NCBI RefSeq assembly: GCF_006345805.1
Contig: NC_042998.1
Coordinates: forward strand, 140,244,001 to 140,308,000
Length of the DNA stretch: 64,000 nt
Origin: Octopus sinensis
Taxonomy: Eukaryota
Direction: 5' to 3'
Shown here: positions 25,300-39,377 of the stretch, piece after piece
Position numbering within the stretch: the stretch's first letter is position 1
How the letters are laid out: every line of letters starts with the position of its first letter
The notes under the pieces: generated by a model
Told to the model about the DNA's origin: nothing
Database searches by the model: none
The model's input: only the letters and a program-made list of their open reading frames with translations
Position numbers and translations under genes: made by a program

Positions 25300-25848
25300 A
25301 AGGCTGTCTTAGGACAATCTGCGGTTATTCCTTAATAGACAGAGTTTCAAATGTTGATTTGTTTAGCAAGTATAAGATTGATAGAATCGAGGGCTTCCTT
25401 ATGCAGTCAAAATTTCCCTGGCCTGGCCATGTCATCAGAACGTGTGACGAAAGAATACTCAAAATCCTCATGTACAGCCAGCTTGATAGTGAGCATCGGA
25501 ATGTTGGTCGACTATGGCTCAGATATAAGGACAAGTTGAAGAGTAACCTCTCAGCAGTGAAGATAGCTCACAACACCTTTGAGCGAACAAAATGGGAGAT
25601 CGTTGTGTCAAAATGGTATAAGAAACTTTGTTGCTACCAGCATTAACAGGCTTCGTGGTGCAAGGTAAAGGAGAAAAGCGACTACAAATATAACACCAGC
25701 ATTGACCTGTAATCCTCATGCTTGCTGCATCTGTGAGCTTCTTTACAAAACGTTGGCGGAACATTCGACATAAGCATTGTGATTGATAAAAAGGAAGAGT
25801 AGGTTGTCAGATCCTCATCCGTCGAAACTGACGGGAGAGTCCATCATG
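25300..25848 (+). mobile_element. RTE/BovB-type LINE 3' fragment
   Basis: IEGFLMQSKFPWPGHVIRTCDERILKILMYSQL..HRNVGRLWLRYKDKLKSNL matches the RTE C-terminal pattern (LRW.GHV.RM...R.PK.LLY..L...R..GRP..RYKD.LK). Confidence 0.8.
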
Positions 25849-25849
25849 T

Positions 25850-26215
<366 letters not shown>

Positions 26216-26572
26216 ATAGTCAGTTGTGGTGTGTTGTTAAGAACGTATTAGAGTACAAATAGAGCTCGTTCACCCTTAGATTTCCCAGAGAAGAAGCCAT
26301 GGATGTTGTAGCATGGAAATCTAGATTTACTTATGGACACAGCAACTGAATATCGCCTGAGGTGATACATATAGATCTTCTTATACAGTTAAATCGTTAC
26401 GTAACTTAATTTAAATTTAACTTTAAATCCTGTATATACGAGGATCTGTATGTATTAAAACATTTGTGGCGATTAAAAAGCTACTTAATAGTACTTCCTC
26501 TTCCTTTTGACTCTTTTACTTTTTACTTCTAACTTAATATATGTATATATACACACAGAGAGGGAGAGAGAG

Positions 26573-26604
<32 letters not shown>

Positions 26605-27439
26605 TTAAAAAAGGAGATGTGGAACACAAGTTGTGATATATAAAAAAAGGAAATGAAGAAAATGCTGACAAAATAATTTAAGTAAGGGAGAGTGTATTTA
26701 ATTAGGTGAAAGTTCTTTTTACCGGTTGCGCATTTGTTATGCTTATCAAAAGATATATTTTTAAGAGAGATAGAGTTCCTTTCTGATAGATTTTTTTCTC
26801 TTATCTGAGATAAGAGAAAAAAATCTATCTGAGATAAGCCAAATGTCGTGGTAGATGTCATTCCCCTTTGCTAAGCGAAATCTTAATACACACACAAAGG
26901 TTTAAAAGGAACATAAACATGAATGGCACCAGTCTCATCGATAGTCTAGGAAGGCCTGCGAAAATCATGGGCACCGTCTCTTTCTCAAGACCCAGCAAAA
27001 CTTTCGACCTGTAGATAGGAAATGGGTACGAAAGAATTTCTAGTGGATCCGGCCACTGAGGAGGGGTAGGACTGAGAATGTATCTGGTGTGCCGTCCAAG
27101 ACATTCAGATACAATAAGAACAATCAGAGGAATAGAGATAGAATCACTGAGGGTTGGTGGTGGCGGCGGCGGCGGCGGCGGTGGTGGCGAGTGTAGCGAT
27201 TGTAATGGCGGTGGTGAAAGTAGACAGGTTATTAGTTGAAAAAAGCAGTATCTGTTGTAGTAGTGATAGAAGAAACGGAGCGAAGGCACAGCACATCCGT
27301 GAACTGCTGGTTGTAAACTAATCGTCTAAATGTCTTCTCTTTGAATTCAGTCTGCGATGTTAGTGACATACGTGTACATGTGTGGATGTGTGTCTAGGGA
27401 TCGACCCAAAAGCGTCTTCGTGGCTGATTGATACGAAAT

Positions 27440-28240
27440 CACTCACCGCTCTCCCCTCTTCAGACCGCACACTGATCACTACGCCCAGTCGTAGAAGACA
27501 TCCGGAGAAGCGCCACCCGACTAATTGGTATGAGATCAATCTCAGAGCATGTTCCAGCTTCTGACCCGCGGACGCTTTGTCTCTTCCATCTGCCCTTTCT
27601 ACTACTACCATAAAGGTCTCAACTCTTTGGCGCTAGCTAGGCTCATATTAATCCCCCCACACTCTGGTACTCTGGTCCCACTAATCTCTTCTTCCCTTTA
27701 CGCCCTTGTATCTAATTTCCAGACCCTACGATCAGTCCCAATCACTACGATCAGTCCCAAAATATATCCAGAAAAGAAAAGTCACCTGACTGATTGGTAT
27801 GAAATCATCTCAGACACTTACCAATTTCTGGTCCACAAGCGCGCTGTCTCCTCTAGCTCTCTCCTCAACTATTACTATAATGGTCTATACTCTTAGGCGC
27901 TCGCAGTGCCCATTCCACTCCCACCCACCCCACTCAGATAATTCTATAACATTCGTCTCCCCTCCTCCTATCTCCCTTGTGCCCAACACCTCGGAACGCC
28001 CGCACTAGTCACTATAGCCAGGCCTTCCTCCACACAACATTCCCCACCTCCCCACTGGAATTTCTTCCCCGCTCTTATCTTCCTCTCACGTGCTGACTTA
28101 CATAGGTTCAAGAGGAACGTTGATGACAGCATCAATCTCACTGGCCTCGGAGGCACTGAGTGTGCCATAGTGACTGACCCTTCATCCAGATTTATCAAGT
28201 AAAAATCAAAACAAAACAAAACAAAAAAAATAATGATAAA
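27440..28240 (+). mobile_element. CR1/L2-group LINE 3' fragment with an internal duplication and (CAAAA)n tail
   Basis: Peptides EDIRRSATRLIG..FYYYHKGLNS and KRAVSSSSLLNYYYNGLYS, then RTSHYSQAF...WN..P...FKRNV. Confidence 0.7.
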
Positions 28241-28474
28241 ATTAAATAACAAAAACATGTGAGCAATACTTCAGTATGGATCATAGTTGAGTTTTGTGGA
28301 CATGGAGTTTTGTGGACATGGAGCAACCAATCAGTGTTGAAGTATTTTGTGATCCCGAATATGAGTGAAATCTTAAATTTTAACACTGATTTATTGATAA
28401 GGTCACTAGCGGAGATCCTCACACATTGTAAGATCTCTCTGTTGCGAAGAATTCTGGGTCTTCCGATATGCGTC

Positions 28475-28815
28475 GACCTTGGCAGAATTTGAACTCAAAA
28501 TGTAGCAACGGACGAAATACTGCTAAGCATTTCGGCCAGCATGCTAACGATTTTGCCAGCTCGCCGCCTTAATAATAATAATAATAATATAATAATAATA
28601 ATAATAATAATAATATAATAATAATAATAATAATTATTATTATTATTATTATTATAGAATCGTTTGCACGCTGGACGAAATTCCGTCGAGGTCGACTTTG
28701 TCTTTCATCCTTTCAGGATCGATAAATTAAGTACCAGTTACGCACTAGGGTCGATGTACGACTCATCCCCTCCTCCAAAATGGCTACCCTCGTACCAAAA
28801 TTTGAAACCATAAAA

Positions 28816-28857
<42 letters not shown>

Positions 28858-29095
28858 TTATTTTTATTATTATCATTATTAAGACGGCAAGCTGGCAGAA
28901 GCGTTAGTGCGCTGGACGAAATGATTAGCGACGTTTCAGCCGTTGCTACGCTCTTAGTTCAAATTCCGCCGAGGTCGACTTTGCCTCTCATCCTTTCTGG
29001 GTCGATAAATTAAGTACCTGTAAACCATTGGACGTCGATGTAATCGACTTACCCCTCCCCCAAAATGGCTGCCCGTGTGGCAAAATTTGAAGCCA
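28475..29095. mobile_element. Family-1 SINE cluster: minus head 28475-28570, plus copies 28655-28810 and 28882-29095
   Basis: Shared head and core; a (TAA)n(TTA)n spacer lies between the first two. Confidence 0.8.
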
Positions 29096-29118
29096 TTATA
29101 ATTGTAACTATAATTATT

Positions 29119-30050
29119 AAGGCGGCGAGCTGGCAGAATCGTTAGCATGCTGGACGAAATGCTCGAGCTGGCAGAATCGTTAGCACGCTGGACGAAATGC
29201 TTAGCAGTATTTCGTCTGCCGCTACGTTGTGAGTTCAAATTCCGCCGAGGTCAACTTTGCTTTTCATCCTTTCGGGGTTGATTAAATAAGTATCAGTTAC
29301 GCACTGGGGTCGATGTAACCGACTTAATCCGTTTGTCTGTCCTTGTTTGTCCCCTCTGTGTTTAGCCCCTTGTGGGTAGTAAAGAAATAGGCATTTCGTC
29401 TGCCGTTACATTCTGATTTCAAATTCCGCCGAGGTCGACTTTGCCTTTCATCTTTTCGGGGTCGATAAATTAAGTACCAGTTACGCACTGGGGTCGATGT
29501 AATCGACTTAATCCCTTTGCCTGTCCTTGTTTGTCCACTCTATGTTTAGCCCCTTGTGGCTCGTAAAGAAACAGGTATTTCGTCTGCCGTTACGTTGTGA
29601 GTTCAAATTCCGCCGAGGTCGACTTTGCCTTTCAGCCTTTCGGGGACGATAAATTAGATACCAGTTACGCACTGGGGTCGATGTAATCGACTTAATCCCT
29701 TTGTCTGTCCTTGTTTGTCCACTCTATGTTTAGCCCCTCGTGGGTAGTAAAGAAATAGAAATAGTTATTTCGTCTGTCGCTATGTTCTGATTTCAAATTC
29801 CACCGAGGTCAACTTTGCCTTTCATCCTTTCGGGGTCGATTAAATAATACCAGTTACGCACTGGGGTCGATGTAATCGACTTAATCCCTTTGTCTGTCCT
29901 TGTTTGTCCTCTCTATGTTTAGCCCCTTGTGCTTTTCATCCTTTCGGAGGTCAATAAATTAAATACCAGTTGTGTACTGGAGCTCGATCTAATCGACAGG
30001 TCCCCCTTCTCTACCAAAATTAAGCCCTTGTGCCTATAGTAGAAAGAATT
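29119..30050 (+). mobile_element. Tandem array of 5 family-1 SINE units
   Basis: Full head with an internally duplicated A-box region (29119-29200). Units restart at 29390, 29574 and 29764 (G(G/T).ATTTCGTC), and a tail-B unit starts at ~29931. Confidence 0.9.
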
Positions 30051-30299
30051 ATTATTGTTGTTCGCTGTTGTAATAGAACTAATAGTAGTAGTATTAGCAG
30101 CAGCAGCAGCAGTAGTGGTGGTAGTGATGGTGGTGGTGGTAGTAGTAGCAGTGCTGGGGTTGTTGTCTAGCACGACGACTATTTCCGTTCTGTTGCTTCA
30201 GAACAGGCAATTTATTTATTATGATTTATATGTTTCATCTTTTATTCAATACATAATACATGTGTTATTTCATGTTACTTCATTGTCAATCTATCCTAT

Positions 30300-30428
30300 G
30301 CTTTACCCATTACACTCTCCCACATCCTCCTCCTCCCCCCATCCACTTGCAATAACTTTCGTTTTCACTACTACTCTTTCTCTCACTCTGTTCTTATCAC
30401 ACACTCTCTCTCTCTATTTATCTCGCCC

Positions 30429-30517
<89 letters not shown>

Positions 30518-30607
30518 GTGTTTCTTTCTTTCTCTTTATCACTTCTCTTTCATTTCCGCGTTATCCAAGTCTGAATCACCTTCCTGCTCTTTCTCTCTTT
30601 CTGTACA

Positions 30608-30648
<41 letters not shown>

Positions 30649-30714
30649 CTTGCTCTCTCTTTTACTCTGCCTCGTGTGTATGTGTGAAAGACGCACACAC
30701 GCACATATACATAG

Positions 30715-30751
<37 letters not shown>

Positions 30752-30865
30752 CAAAAATATGCATAAAATAAACATATATGAATATATAAATACATACATA
30801 TACACACACGGGCACACGCCTACTTATCTATATTGTCTGTTATCTATGTATTTACACACTCACAG

Positions 30866-30936
<71 letters not shown>

Positions 30937-31074
30937 GACATCATGCATCTACATCATATACCCGTTACCCCACCCCTTACTGAATGTTTCACAATCACGA
31001 AATCCTTTTCTTCCTTCCTTCCTCCCCCACCCCCGCTTGGTGTTTCAAGTTTTTTCTTTCATTTACCGACTCAT

Positions 31075-31108
<34 letters not shown>

Positions 31109-31880
31109 TCTCCTTTATCCCTCTCTCTCTCTTCCTCTCCACTCTCCCTCTCTCTCTTTTGCACACACACACATTTACAAATACTTTCGCCTTTTTCCTA
31201 TGCTCATTCTCCACTCATTCATTCATTCTTTCGCACACTTAGCCTTTTGTTCGCTCGCATAAACATTCGCACACACACACACACACATTTGCATGTTCAC
31301 ACACACACACACACTCTCACATCACTGCCGCCAACACCACTACCGCCGCCACCACCTCCACCACCAATAATACATAATCCACGTTTTGGACCTTTTAATC
31401 TGTTCTTTCAGTTTCTATCTATCATCAAATATTTTCTCACCCACTTTCCAACATTTTGTTTCGAATTTATTTTACCACCACCACCACCACCACCACCACC
31501 ACCACCACCATCACCACCACCACCATCACCACCACCACCACCACCACCATTGACATCACTATACCATTACCATCATCATCACCAATATAATAAGCAGTAA
31601 CACAGTAGCTCCCCTCCTCTATTGTGATCATCGAAAAACCACCATTTCCTACTCCGCCAACACCGCCACTATCACTTTCACTATCACTCCTACCACATCA
31701 TCATCATCATCATCGTCGTGATCATCGTTGTCATCATTATCTACGTTCTTCATTCTTTCGCAACCACCACCAACACCATCCTCAACGTTACCGCCATCAG
31801 CAACACCACCGCCGCCGCTGTCACCACCACCACCACCACCACCACTACCACCCCCCATCACCACCACCACCACCACCACC

Positions 31881-31924
<44 letters not shown>

Positions 31925-32825
31925 CTAACTATAACCGTTTTTTTTCACTATCAAAATCTCTACAACGGCCACTCTCCCTATCTCTCCCTCTCTCTCATAT
32001 ACACACGCACACACACACACACACACAACTATACATACACGTATTCATACACATACAATCTCTTACTTCCCGATCCTCAGCCTTTCTCTCCCTTTTCCTC
32101 AAACTCTTCCCCCTGCCCATGTCTTTGTATCTTTCTTCTCCTTCCCATCTGTCTCCCTCTCTCTCTCTTTCTCTTTTTCTCACATATACAACCTACCCCC
32201 CACACGCAGCATTTCTCTTACCCCCTCCCCCTTCTCTCTCTCTCCCATTTCCCTCCCCTTCTCACATATTTCCCTTGCCTCTCTATGTTTCTTCCCCAAT
32301 TCTTCTCTATCTCTCTCACACACACACACACACAACGCTCTCATAGATACATACATGCTCTCTCTCTCTCTCTGACTCTCACATTCTCAGTCTTTCTCTT
32401 TTCCTTTCACTCCCATCTCTCTTCGTCTCTTCCTCGCTCTTTGTATTTCTGTATCACTATTCTCCTTCTCCTTATGCTAAACCCACAGTGTCTCTCTCCC
32501 CGCCTCTCTCTTTTACCCGTCTCTTTCCCCTTCTCTCTCCCTCTCTTTACCCGTCTCTTCCCCACCCTCTTTCTTCCCCACACACTTTACTTTTCTTCCT
32601 CACACTCTTCCCGTTCGTGTTTCTCTCTGTCTTCCTCTTCCTCATATTCACACGCACACACACACAAACATAAATACACATACACATACGCACACAAGCA
32701 CAAACTCGAACATATACGCGCACATACATACACACACTCAGATACTTTTTTTGTCTCTCTTCCTTTCTCTTTTCGCCCGGGTTTCTCCCTGTCTCCTCAT
32801 CTCTCTCTCTCTCTCTGTCTCCTCA

Positions 32826-32856
<31 letters not shown>

Positions 32857-32978
32857 ATAGTAACACTTACACACACACATATAAACACAGATTTTTGCCT
32901 TCCTTCCTCTCTTTCTTTCCGTACTTCTCTCTATCTTCTATCCTTTATTCTCTCTCTCACACAAACGCCAACACACAC

Positions 32979-33026
<48 letters not shown>

Positions 33027-33320
33027 ACACACTTCTTGTCACTTTTCTACGCGCTCATTCCGTCCGTCCATGCTTCTCTATCGTTTTCCCTCGTATTCTT
33101 CTCTCTATCTCTATCTCACACGCGCACACAGATATACGAATACCAACATAACACACACACACACACACACATACACATGCACAAACGTACGCGCACACAC
33201 ACACTCACACACACACAGACGTACTCACCAATCAGCATCAGCACACGCACACATATCCTCTTTTTCTCTCTCTCTCCTCTCCCCACCACTCTCTCTTCCT
33301 CCCATTCTGTTTAAAACTTT
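30300..33320. repeat. ~3-kb strand-asymmetric CT/CA/TCTA/CAC low-complexity block
   Basis: Direct reading; the plus strand is nearly devoid of G. Confidence 0.9.
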
Positions 33321-33958
33321 CTATAAACCATTGATGTTGCTTTATAAAAGCCATTTGAAAAGCAACATCAAATGGCTCGGTAAGTTTGTGAAATCTATTA
33401 CAGCCTCTTAGTGTCGGCTCCAGGGGGAAATAAAATATCATATCGCTGTTTCACTTCTAAGACGAACGCTACCACAATGAAAAATACGTAAAATAATAAA
33501 GAAAAAAGTAATAATAAACGTGTGTGTGTGCATACATACATACATATATATATATATATGTGTGTGTGTCTGTGTGTGACTGTGTGTGTGTATGTGTGTG
33601 TGTGTGAGTGTCTGTTCTGTGTGTTTGCATTTGTTTTCGTATGTACATTTGTCTTTGGGTATGTGTATATATATATATATACAAATACACATTTATATAT
33701 AATTTATATATATACATGATATATATACAGTATATATAAATATATTTATATACATAAAAATATATGCATATTAATCTATATCATATATAGATATATATAT
33801 ATACACACATATATATATATATGCACACACACACATATATATAAATTTGTATGTATGGATAGATGTATATATAAATATGTATATGCATGACTACACACAC
33901 ATACATATATTTACACGAGCATGTATGTAAATAGACACACAAACACAACATCAATTAA

Positions 33959-34068
33959 GACTGAGATTTTACACTTGCGCCGTGTACTCAGAGTGAAGCA
34001 CGTTAACATTTATCAATAGAAAATCGTTACCTGGAAACTCGGAGTAGCGAACGTGTGAAATCTCAGTC
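33959..34068. mobile_element. 110-bp MITE with TTAA TSD and GA...TC ends (Kolobok-like)
   Basis: TTAA|GACTGAGATTTTACAC...GTGTGAAATCTCAGTC|TTAA. Confidence 0.65.
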
Positions 34069-34109
34069 TTAATTGTTTTATTTCTGCTCAAAATGCTTTG
34101 CACGATTTT

Positions 34110-34440
34110 TTTTTCTTCCCGGCCGTTTACGTTCTGAGTTCAAAACCCACTGCCGTTAGCTTTGCCTTTCACTACTCCAGTACGTATCTATCAAGTGTTT
34201 GGGGTGTATGGTATCCACTACCCCTGCCCGCAAAATAGATGTTTCCTGGAGTCTAAATCTGAAACCATTTCTCTTCTTCACGCCGGACTAAATGCTTAAC
34301 GGCATTTTGTCTGTTTTTACCCTGTAAGTTCAAATTCCACCGAGGTCAACTTTGTCCTTCATCCTTCCGGGATCGATAAAATAAAATATTAGTTAAGCAC
34401 TAGAGTCTTTGAAATCGACTTACGCCCTTCCCCTCCTACT
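34110..34440 (+). mobile_element. Two old family-1 SINEs
   Basis: GTTCTGAGTTCAAA and CTTTGTCCTTCATCCTTCCGGGATCGATAAA cores. Confidence 0.65.
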
Positions 34441-34719
34441 TCTGCCTTATGTTTGTATATGTTAAACATACAGATACACACGTATGTGTATGCATGTATA
34501 TATATGTATGTGTATGTATATGTATATAGAGAGAGGGGGAGGGAAGGGGAGTGGCTGTGTGGTAAGAAGCTTGCTTCCGGTATACCATTTGTCAGTGGAA
34601 TTGTTGGTTTTGCGAGTAACACACGTGTTTATTGGGGTTTTTTTTTGCTGTCTTAGCTGTGCGACGGTTTCCCTCTTGTTTAATGGAGGGGCGAAAGTTT
34701 GAATTGTTCTTCTTCAGAC

Positions 34720-35990
34720 TTTGTGTCGTCTGAGGAAGAAATGGTGGAGTTTTTGAAGAGGATAGATGAAGTGATGGAGACGAAAAATTAGCAGAGGTGA
34801 CGAAGGAAAGAAGCGAAGACGTGAGGCTGGAGGATATAAGTAAATTCAAGGAAATTATTTAAAGGGTGGGGGGAGAAGTGAAGGTGCCCTCCCCTCAAAC
34901 AAGTATTAAAAGAAAAAATGAGAAAACCATAATTTACAGAACATACTCGGTGGCAACCAGGAAGATTGAAGTCATGTCAACGGCTCAAATAGAAAAGGCA
35001 CTTAAACCAATCTGGCAAGGAATTTCCTACTTAGCCAGAGGAAAAAAAATTGGAACAGTGAAGGTATGGTTTCTGGAGGTAGCTACTACCAGGCTGCACT
35101 CAGCAACACCAATGAGAACTGATGAAGTGGTGATTCTACCCGTATATCTTGGGAGACGAGCTTCCAGGGTTAAGGTAGAAGACATACTCCCAGAAGTGGA
35201 TGTTGTCTAGCTGGTAGCTGCCATACAGCTAGTCATGGAGGAGAAGGTGGTGGTCCTCCGGGACACCAGAACATCCCTCAGGAACTGGCAAAGAGAAAGC
35301 CTTGATATGGTGGTACAGATTGCTGTGTAAAATATCGAAAATATGGTAGAGACAATCACGGTCTAGGGCACAACATTGAAAGTCAGAGTGGAAGGGAGGA
35401 TTCTGCGGTGCTATAAATGTAGCCTTTCTAGGCCACGTTTATAACATCGCGGAATCCTCAGAGCGGATTGTCCTCCACCACCTGTGAAGGCTAAGGAGAG
35501 ACAAGAGAATGAGAAAGTGGCTGGTGCTCCACTATCTGTGGAGGTTGCGGGAAAGAAGAGAGAAGCGGCACCACAAAGACCAGTACCAGCGTCGAAGAAG
35601 AGGAGATGGACAATGAATGGGAAACAGCTGGGAGAAAGAGAAGAAAGAGAAAAAAAGCACACGCTGTAAAGAATAACCCCCATCTCACACCCACTTTACC
35701 CCAACCACCCCGTACAGACACCAGCTCTCTCCATACCCTACCTGACATGAAGACAACCACAAGCACACAGGAGCCCCAAATTTCCCCACCCTCGCCCTTG
35801 AAAAAAAACATATTGTACAATGGCGAAAACGAAGAACTTTATGATAAAATAGACTTGTGGGACAATGCTATAAAAGTGGATGTATCAGGAGTGAAGGGGG
35901 TGCCCAAGTACATTCGTTGTGTAGTGACAGACCCAGAATATAAGTCGGAATTGAAGGACTATAAAGAAAATCAAGACAAGTGGTGAGTCA
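34720..35990 (+). mobile_element. Decayed ORF1 (gag-like) of a Tx1/L1-type LINE
   Basis: Purine-rich broken ORF ..YLARGKKIGTVKVWF..VILPVYLGRRASRVKVEDI.., then LKVRVEGRILRCYKC..GH..RADCP (CCHC knuckle disrupted by a ~20-bp insertion), followed by a Lys/Glu/Pro-rich tail. Confidence 0.65.
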
Positions 35991-36280
35991 AGAAGCTGGA
36001 CACCAGCTCATTGCCGAAACAAGTAAGTTTTCAGGATATTTAAGAAACTATAATGTAAACATTCTTCAGAAGGAGGTAATTAGCTTTCGCTAAAAAGAAA
36101 AAAATAACATTATAAACTAGTTTTAAAAAAGGTAATATTAACAGGTTCAATGAAGTCGCTCGTGGGTGGGGCCGAACGGCTTCATTTCATCTTTCATTAT
36201 ATTAATTCATTCTTTCCATTCGTTTTTTTTTTAACTGTTCTCTCTATGTATAAGGCCTTCATGACCAATTTCATAAAATA

Positions 36281-36650
36281 AAGTAGCTTGCTTCCCAACC
36301 ACATAGTTCCTGGTTCAGTCCTACTGCGTGGCACTTTGGACAAATGCCTTCTACCATAGCCTCGAGCCGACCAAAGCCTTGTGAGTGGATTTGGTAGACG
36401 GATACTGAAAGAAGCCCGTCCTTTATATATATATATATGTTTGTGTGACAGTGTTTGTCCCACACCATCGCTTGACGACCGATATTGGTGTGTTTATGTC
36501 CTCGTATCTCAGCGGTTCGGCAAAAGAGACCGATAGAATAAATACTAGGCTTACTAAGAATAAGTCCTGGGGGCGATTTGTTCGACTAAAGGCGGTGCTC
36601 ACGCATAGCCGCAGTCAAATGAGTGTAACCAACAAAAGAAAAAGAAAAGA
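36281..36650 (+). mobile_element. Family-2 SINE followed by (GATA)n
   Basis: Similar to 61912-62318. Confidence 0.85.
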
Positions 36651-36662
36651 AGATAGATAGAT

Positions 36663-36748
<86 letters not shown>

Positions 36749-36811
36749 TTACAAACATATATGTATATGTGATGCACATATACATATATATATGATATAA
36801 TATGAAATATT

Positions 36812-37930
36812 CGAGGGTCGGCTGAAAAGTTCGTAGGCTTACCAAGATAACTTTCACGCTCTCATGACCAAATGCTGTCCACACACTACTTCCATCGGTG
36901 TTGCAGTGCTTGGATCCCATTGGTGATGAAGCTTTTATCTTGTTGGTTAAAAGTCATCAGAAGCAGATATGACGTCATCATCATTGCGATACTGGTTCCA
37001 AACCAAATGTTTTTTTCTCCCTTTCCTGTTGGGAACAAATGATAGTCCGATGGGGCCAAATCAGGAGAATAGGAAAGGTGCTCAACCAGTTCAAAGTGAC
37101 AGTCGTGCGCAGCATTGAAAGCAGAGATTTGTGTGCTGGAAGATTGTCCTAGTGAAATAAGACACCTTTTGTCAGTTTTCCTGGGCATTTGGTCTTGATA
37201 GCCTTCTGTAATTGCTATAGCAAGTTGACATAGTACTCTCCATTAATGGTGTGTCCCTGTTGAAGATAATCTAACACAATGCCTTTTGCATCCCAAAAAC
37301 TGAGGACATCGCCTTCCATGCAAATGAAATGACGTTGGCCTTCTTTGAAGCAGGCGAGGAGGGATTTTCCCCTTGCATGGACTGTCTTTGTCTCTGGCTC
37401 AAAGTGATAAACCCAACACTCATCCTGGGCTAGGAAACGTCCAAGGAGACCAGCTGGATCTGCGGAAAAACAATATCAGATTTGGCGAAGGTAAAGAATA
37501 CGCACACCTGGTGTTTAGGATTAGGGTTATGGTTAGGGTTTAGGTTACGCCAAAAACCTCCGTCTCGGATTTTTCCGTACTCTGATTAGCCCGGTGCGCT
37601 TTTGATTGGGTGTCAGAAGACATGAGACCCGCTGAGCAGAGACCGTCACCATGCCAAGTCCATTGAGCAGAATATTTTCAACTCTCTTATGGGATATGCT
37701 AATAGCATTGACTATTTGATTTATAATCAATCGCCTATCATCCATCACCATGTGGTGAACACGATCAATGTTTCCCTCGGTGGTGACAGTTGCAGGACGT
37801 CCAAACCTTGGTCATCTTTTAAGACTCTGCCTTCCCCTCCCAAATTCAGCTGCCCGCTTTTGCACTGTTGATAAAGCAGGAGCATCATTTCTGAGCGTAA
37901 CAACCATGTTAGCATGAATATCCTTGAAGG
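36812..37930 (-). mobile_element. Decayed mariner transposon, one TIR retained
   Basis: TIR-like CGAGGGTCGGCTGAAAAGTTCGTAGG at 36812. Minus-strand peptides KDIHANMV..DAPALSTVQK.AAEFGRGR, DDRRLIINQI..ISHKRVENIL, FLAQDECWVYHFEPETK and YSPDLAPSDYHLFP (mariner signature). Confidence 0.92.
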
Positions 37931-37999
37931 CTGTGGTAAGAAATTTGCTTCTAAACAATCTGGTTCTGGATTCAATCCTACTGCACAGCACTAGAGCAC

Positions 38000-38308
38000 C
38001 TCCGATTTAAGAGATATAGCTGTTATTTCTAGCACATGTAGAAGACAGAAGAGAGAGAAAGGATGAATAAGACGTGTGCGTGTGAGTTTTAGACGCAGCA
38101 AATAATTTTAGCTCGAATGCTGCGATTTCATTGGTTAAAATTCGTAGAATTAAACTACGTTAAAGTTACGAATTACAATTTTGTTTTCAATTTCGTTTAC
38201 AATAATGTTTTCTTTTGACACATTCTACCAGTATACGAAGTTTCAAATTTTGTAGTTAACTAGAAAATTCCGTCCATCAAACAGAAAAGATCCAAACAGA
38301 AAAGATCC
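38000..38308. mobile_element. Solo diverged arm related to the 827-1467 MITE
   Basis: GACACATTCTACCAGT..CGAAGTTT and terminal AAGATCC (tandemly duplicated at 38287-38308). Confidence 0.6.
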
Positions 38309-38314
38309 AAATAT

Positions 38315-38416
38315 TATGTATGTATGTATGTATGTATGTATGTATGTATGTATGTATGATGTATAGGCAGACAGACAGACAGCTAGACAGCCAGACAACC
38401 AGACAGACAGACAGAC

Positions 38417-38455
<39 letters not shown>

Positions 38456-38481
38456 CCGACAGACAGACAGACAGACAGACA

Positions 38482-38530
<49 letters not shown>

Positions 38531-38551
38531 CAGGCAGGCAGGCAGGCAGGC

Positions 38552-38640
<89 letters not shown>
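38315..38640. repeat. Mirror-ordered tetranucleotide array (TATG)(GACA)(GATA)(GACA)(GGCA)(GACA)(GATA)
   Basis: Direct reading. Confidence 0.9.
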
Positions 38641-38641
<1 letters not shown>

Positions 38642-39276
38642 TGTCTGTCTGCGTGCGTGTGTGACTGTATAATTATGCTTTAATATCCGTGTTTTGATTT
38701 CTGTGTGTATATGTTATATACATATATGCATGCGTGTGGTGTCGTGTGTGTGTGAGTGCGCGTGTATATTTGAGTGTTTGTGTGTGTGTGTGTCCGTTGC
38801 ATGCTGTACATCATAATTTCCTTGTAAGTTCTTATTTACACGCACACACACACAAACACTTATATGTACATGTATGCATTTTTGTGTATATATGTATATG
38901 TGTGTGTGTGAGTGTATGTGTATGTGCGTGTGTGTCAGTTTGTGTATGTAAGAATGTTGATAATCTGTATGTTGCATGTAAAATTAGAAAATGTTCGTGT
39001 TTGTCAACTGTCTAGTTGACAAATTACTCAGTATTTAAGTTTAGAGCGTGTGTGCGTGTATGCTCTTATGAATGTATCTGTGTGATATGTATTGTATATT
39101 TACAACACATGCACACACATACAGACACACACATGTGTATAATACATACACACACATAATACATATATGACCCTGTATATGTATTGCTTTGTATGAATGT
39201 GTATATATACGCATGTATTTTTGTGTGAATGCACGCACGTATATTTGTACGTAAGCATATGTATGTACGTATAAGT

Positions 39277-39377
<101 letters not shown>

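Noticed and set aside
30055-33314. Long ORFs of 187-380 aa
   Set aside because: They arise from stop-poor CT/CA/CAC repeats; the peptides are low-complexity translations with no domain.
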